DNA of 33,258 nucleotides. Origin: Craspedostauros australis. Lineage: Eukaryota. How positions within the stretch are numbered: the stretch's first letter is position 1; each line of letters opens with the position of its first letter. Shown here in pieces: positions 30,420 through 33,258 of this stretch. The notes under the pieces were generated by a model. It ran no database searches, had not been told where the DNA came from, and saw only the letters and a program-made list of their open reading frames with translations. The position numbers and the translations under genes were made by a program. The DNA lies in assembly GCA_030167865.1 (NCBI GenBank), contig JALAGF010003018.1, positions 1 to 33,258 on the forward strand, in the 5' to 3' direction.

Positions 30420-30702
30420 CTGCTCAATGAGCATCGACGTTCGATGCGCAGTGATACGGGTGTGGAGGAGAAGATTGCAGCAGCATGAGGACAAAACCAT
30501 TGTGAGAAAATCATCGGAACGGATACCAGGAACAAGCGAGAGGGCACTATGGGGCCGGAACACACAGAACTATGTCCCAGCAGACCAACGCAGTGCAGCA
30601 CAGGCCAATGACGAGAACAACAACGAGCACAATCGGGTCACAGCCAAGCTTTTCGAGCAAGTGCATCACAATCGCACCGGTACGTTCTGGAACTGCACGT
30701 AC
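30420..30702 (-). other. KH gene intron 2 (283 nt, GT-AG, phase 0)
   Basis: ATG|GTACGT ... GAGCAG|ATC joins LTMQVM to IPDKDVGLCIG, completing a KH beta1-alpha1. Confidence 0.88.
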
Positions 30703-31218
30703 CATGACTTGCATCGTGAGTTGAGATCCTTGATTGAGATGCTGATGGTGCTGACGAGGTCCCTGACTTTGCTTGTTCGCAAGCAGAGTCTCGATCTCTC
30801 TTTTCGCAGCTTGTGCGCCCTCCTCATTTGGATTTGTGATGTTGACAGTCCTCATGCTGGGATTGCCAATGTTTCCGCTTGGCGGAATCTGGATGGAGGA
30901 GCCTGTGGTATCCTGGATCATCTTGATCGTGCTGCCGCCCTTGCCGATGACGAGCCCGACATCGGCGTCAGGGATGTCAAGCGTGACGACGGCGTGCCCG
31001 GAAGCCATGGCATCAAGGAGTTTGCCCTTGTGCGAGGCGCCACCGGGACCGCCCCCGCCACCGGAAGTGCGTACTCTGTCCTTGACCATGTCGTTGATCA
31101 GCTCGCGGCATTCATCGATGGCTGCTTGCGTCGGGGCCAAGAGCGTGATGACGCGTTGTGTTTGGCCATGCGACAGTTCGTGCTCTTTTTGGATTTGGAC
31201 CTTGCACCCGGTGCGTGC
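30703..31218 (-). CDS. KH-domain RNA-binding protein exon 2
   Basis: ARTGCKVQIQ..QRVITL (second half of a KH); IPDADVGLVIGKGGSTIKMIQDTTGSSIQI (complete KH). Confidence 0.9.
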
Positions 31219-31605
31219 CTGCATAAGTGAAGTGCACGTGTAGTAGGCGTAATAATCAAGAGTGGGTGCGCATTGGATTACGAGCAAGTGACGATGGCAC
31301 CATTGCACGATCCCACGTCATCGGACAAGCATGATCATGTTGATTCCACATGGTGGAAATAACGAAGGGTGTTTGGTAGAATAGAATACAAGGAGAAAAG
31401 GAACAATGCGGGAACGCAAAAAATAAGAGACACATCGAGTGGGTATTCATTTCATCATTTCCTCTCCTCTCCTGTCGTTGCGTTTCCTTTCCCTTCAGTT
31501 CCGTTCCAATTGCGTTCCAAATGCATCAATACAAATATGAATACTCTCACGAATAATAGAATACGAGACATGACACGCATATGCAGGCTGATGGCAGACA
31601 CGTAC
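31219..31605 (-). other. KH gene intron 1 (387 nt, GT-AG, phase 0)
   Basis: CAG|GTACGT ... ATGCAG|GCA joins GENITSLQ to ARTGCKVQI. Confidence 0.88.
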
Positions 31606-32403
31606 CTGCAACGATGTGATGTTCTCTCCGCCACGGCCGATGACAAATCCCACGACGCCATTTGGCACGTGGATCTTGTCCTCGATGAGTTGCGAAGGGT
31701 CGACATTTCCGAGTGGATTGTTGGTGCCGGCGATCATTTGAGCCACCGAGGCTGGTCTGTACGATGCTTGGACCGTGAGCGCGGACGATGGGTTTGCAGT
31801 CTCGACGGGCACCGCACCTGGCGGTGGCGGGAGTCCCCCCTCGGCGGCAAGCGGGGCAGCCTCCGCTTCCTTGAGCAGGGCATCCACGAGCTCGTCCGCC
31901 TTCGTGAGGAGATCTGGCGAGCCTTCCACCACAACGTTCATGGGTTCTTCTGGGACGCCAGGGAGCGGCGCAGTTCCCTTCGCGCCACGTCCCTTGAGCA
32001 CGATCTTGACCCCCTTCCCTTCAGCGTCCTTGCCAACCTGCTTCTTCACGTCCTCCAGACGCTTGGGAAGGTACATGAAGTAGTGATATTCGGTGCGATT
32101 TTCCGAAGTGGTGACCCAGAATCGTCTCGAGATGGGCTGGTTGGCATCCTTGAGACGCTTGCTGGCGCTGGCGAGACCCGGGAGTGCCTCCGTTGCAGCA
32201 GGGGCAGCTGCGGGGGTGATTGCAGGCGCGACATCCGAAGCCACTCCCCAGCGCTTGCGCTTGGTCCCGGTCCCCGCTCGTGATGGCTTGGCCGCTGATG
32301 ATGCACCCGTTGCATCTGGCGAAGTCGCGTCACCTCCCAGCTCGGCGGCAACTTGCTTGGCCTTCGCGAGGGCGTCCTCTGCGCTTGTTGTTCCTGTCGA
32401 CAT
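31606..32403 (-). CDS. KH-domain RNA-binding protein exon 1. Spliced product about 711 aa, FUBP/KSRP-like with an additional SF1-like KH
   Basis: caacATG; KRKRWG; VKIVLKGRGAKG..EEPMNVVVEG..KADELVDALL (SF1/BBP-type KH); IHVPNGVVGFVIGRGGENI. Confidence 0.88.
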
Positions 32404-32430
32404 GTTGCGTTCTTTGGTATTGTAATATTG

Positions 32431-32450
32431 AATAGAATAGAATAGAATAG
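32431..32450. repeat. (AATAG)4 microsatellite just upstream of the KH gene start
   Basis: aatagaatagaatagaatag. Confidence 0.85.
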
Positions 32451-33258
32451 TACTGCTATATCGTATCGTATGTGCTCACAAATATTGTAAGTACCTTCTT
32501 TGAATCGATCTCCGTCTTTGTGGGGTGCTCCACTCGTATTCGTCTGTCTCTCGCGATCCAGATGCAGCAAGCGATGGAAAATGGTCAAGGATGCTCCCTC
32601 GTTTCTTCTTTCCAATCTTTTGTGTTTCGTGTGCGTTGTTGCGGTTGTTTGCCTCCGGGAGTTATCGGAAAAAGAGAAAATCACGTTTTTTGTGTCGGAG
32701 TCTGTTCACAGATGACAAGAAACTACCAGTTGCCAGTTCGCCACGCGTGATGGAGCGCACCCAATTCGAGATGTTCGACTCATACGACTAGGACAAGAAT
32801 GCCCAGTTGGTTCACGAGAGCAATCGATCATCTCTGAGTCCCGCATTGTCACGTGTGTGGAGATGGGATTTCCTCGCGACGGCGGTGTTTTGGTGTTGCT
32901 CATTCTCGTCACACTTTGTCGCGGTGGTCCACAAAGCGCACTGTCTTCTTGGTCGGCAGAACAAGTCCTTGTCTTCTGGTTTGTTGGCTTGTACTACTAT
33001 TATATTGAACTCATCAAAAGCCCACCAGGGACGATCGAGTATCGTTCCTGACCCACGCCATTTACCTTCTTGACGATGTGATGCGTTTGATTCCCATCAG
33101 TGAGAATTGCCTGCAGGAGAGTGCGCGAGGAATCCACCAGTAGTATCGAACCGCAAAAATTCACCACAACGCGGGGTGGCCTGATGACCAACCACCAATC
33201 GTCACTCTTCACATCGTTATGCACTGGGTGTCACTCTCATCCATCTTTGTGCAACATT

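Noticed and set aside
30175-32283. 351-aa and 304-aa plus-strand ORFs
   Set aside because: Antisense to the KH gene, whose spliced model restores canonical KH motifs.

Overview
Eukaryotic, gene-dense DNA with GT-AG introns. It is most likely from a diatom or related stramenopile; this is inferred from a mitochondrion-targeted fused CPS lacking DHOase/ATCase, R-x-L motifs and low-complexity proteins. I support seven protein genes. (1) A disordered SP[K/R]-rich protein, 1739-5074 +. (2) An unknown protein with N-terminal GW(G)D-acidic-F repeats, 5211-7625 -. (3) A 3-exon carbamoyl-phosphate synthetase of the CPS III / urea-cycle type, 10496-15837 +. (4) A Venus-flytrap/TM/WWE/SH3-like/PARP fusion, 16880-19921 +. 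(5) A single-pass membrane protein, 20145-23009 -. (6) A ZnF-UBP USP22/Ubp8-like deubiquitinase with a very long N-terminal extension, 23817-28574 +. (7) A 3-exon multi-KH RNA-binding protein, 29598-32403 -. The standout is gene 4, which reads as a candidate single-pass 'receptor mono-ADP-ribosyltransferase': an amino-acid-binding Venus flytrap ectodomain joined through one TM helix to WWE, SH3-like and H-Y-V PARP domains. All domain calls are by eye from motifs; no database search was run.
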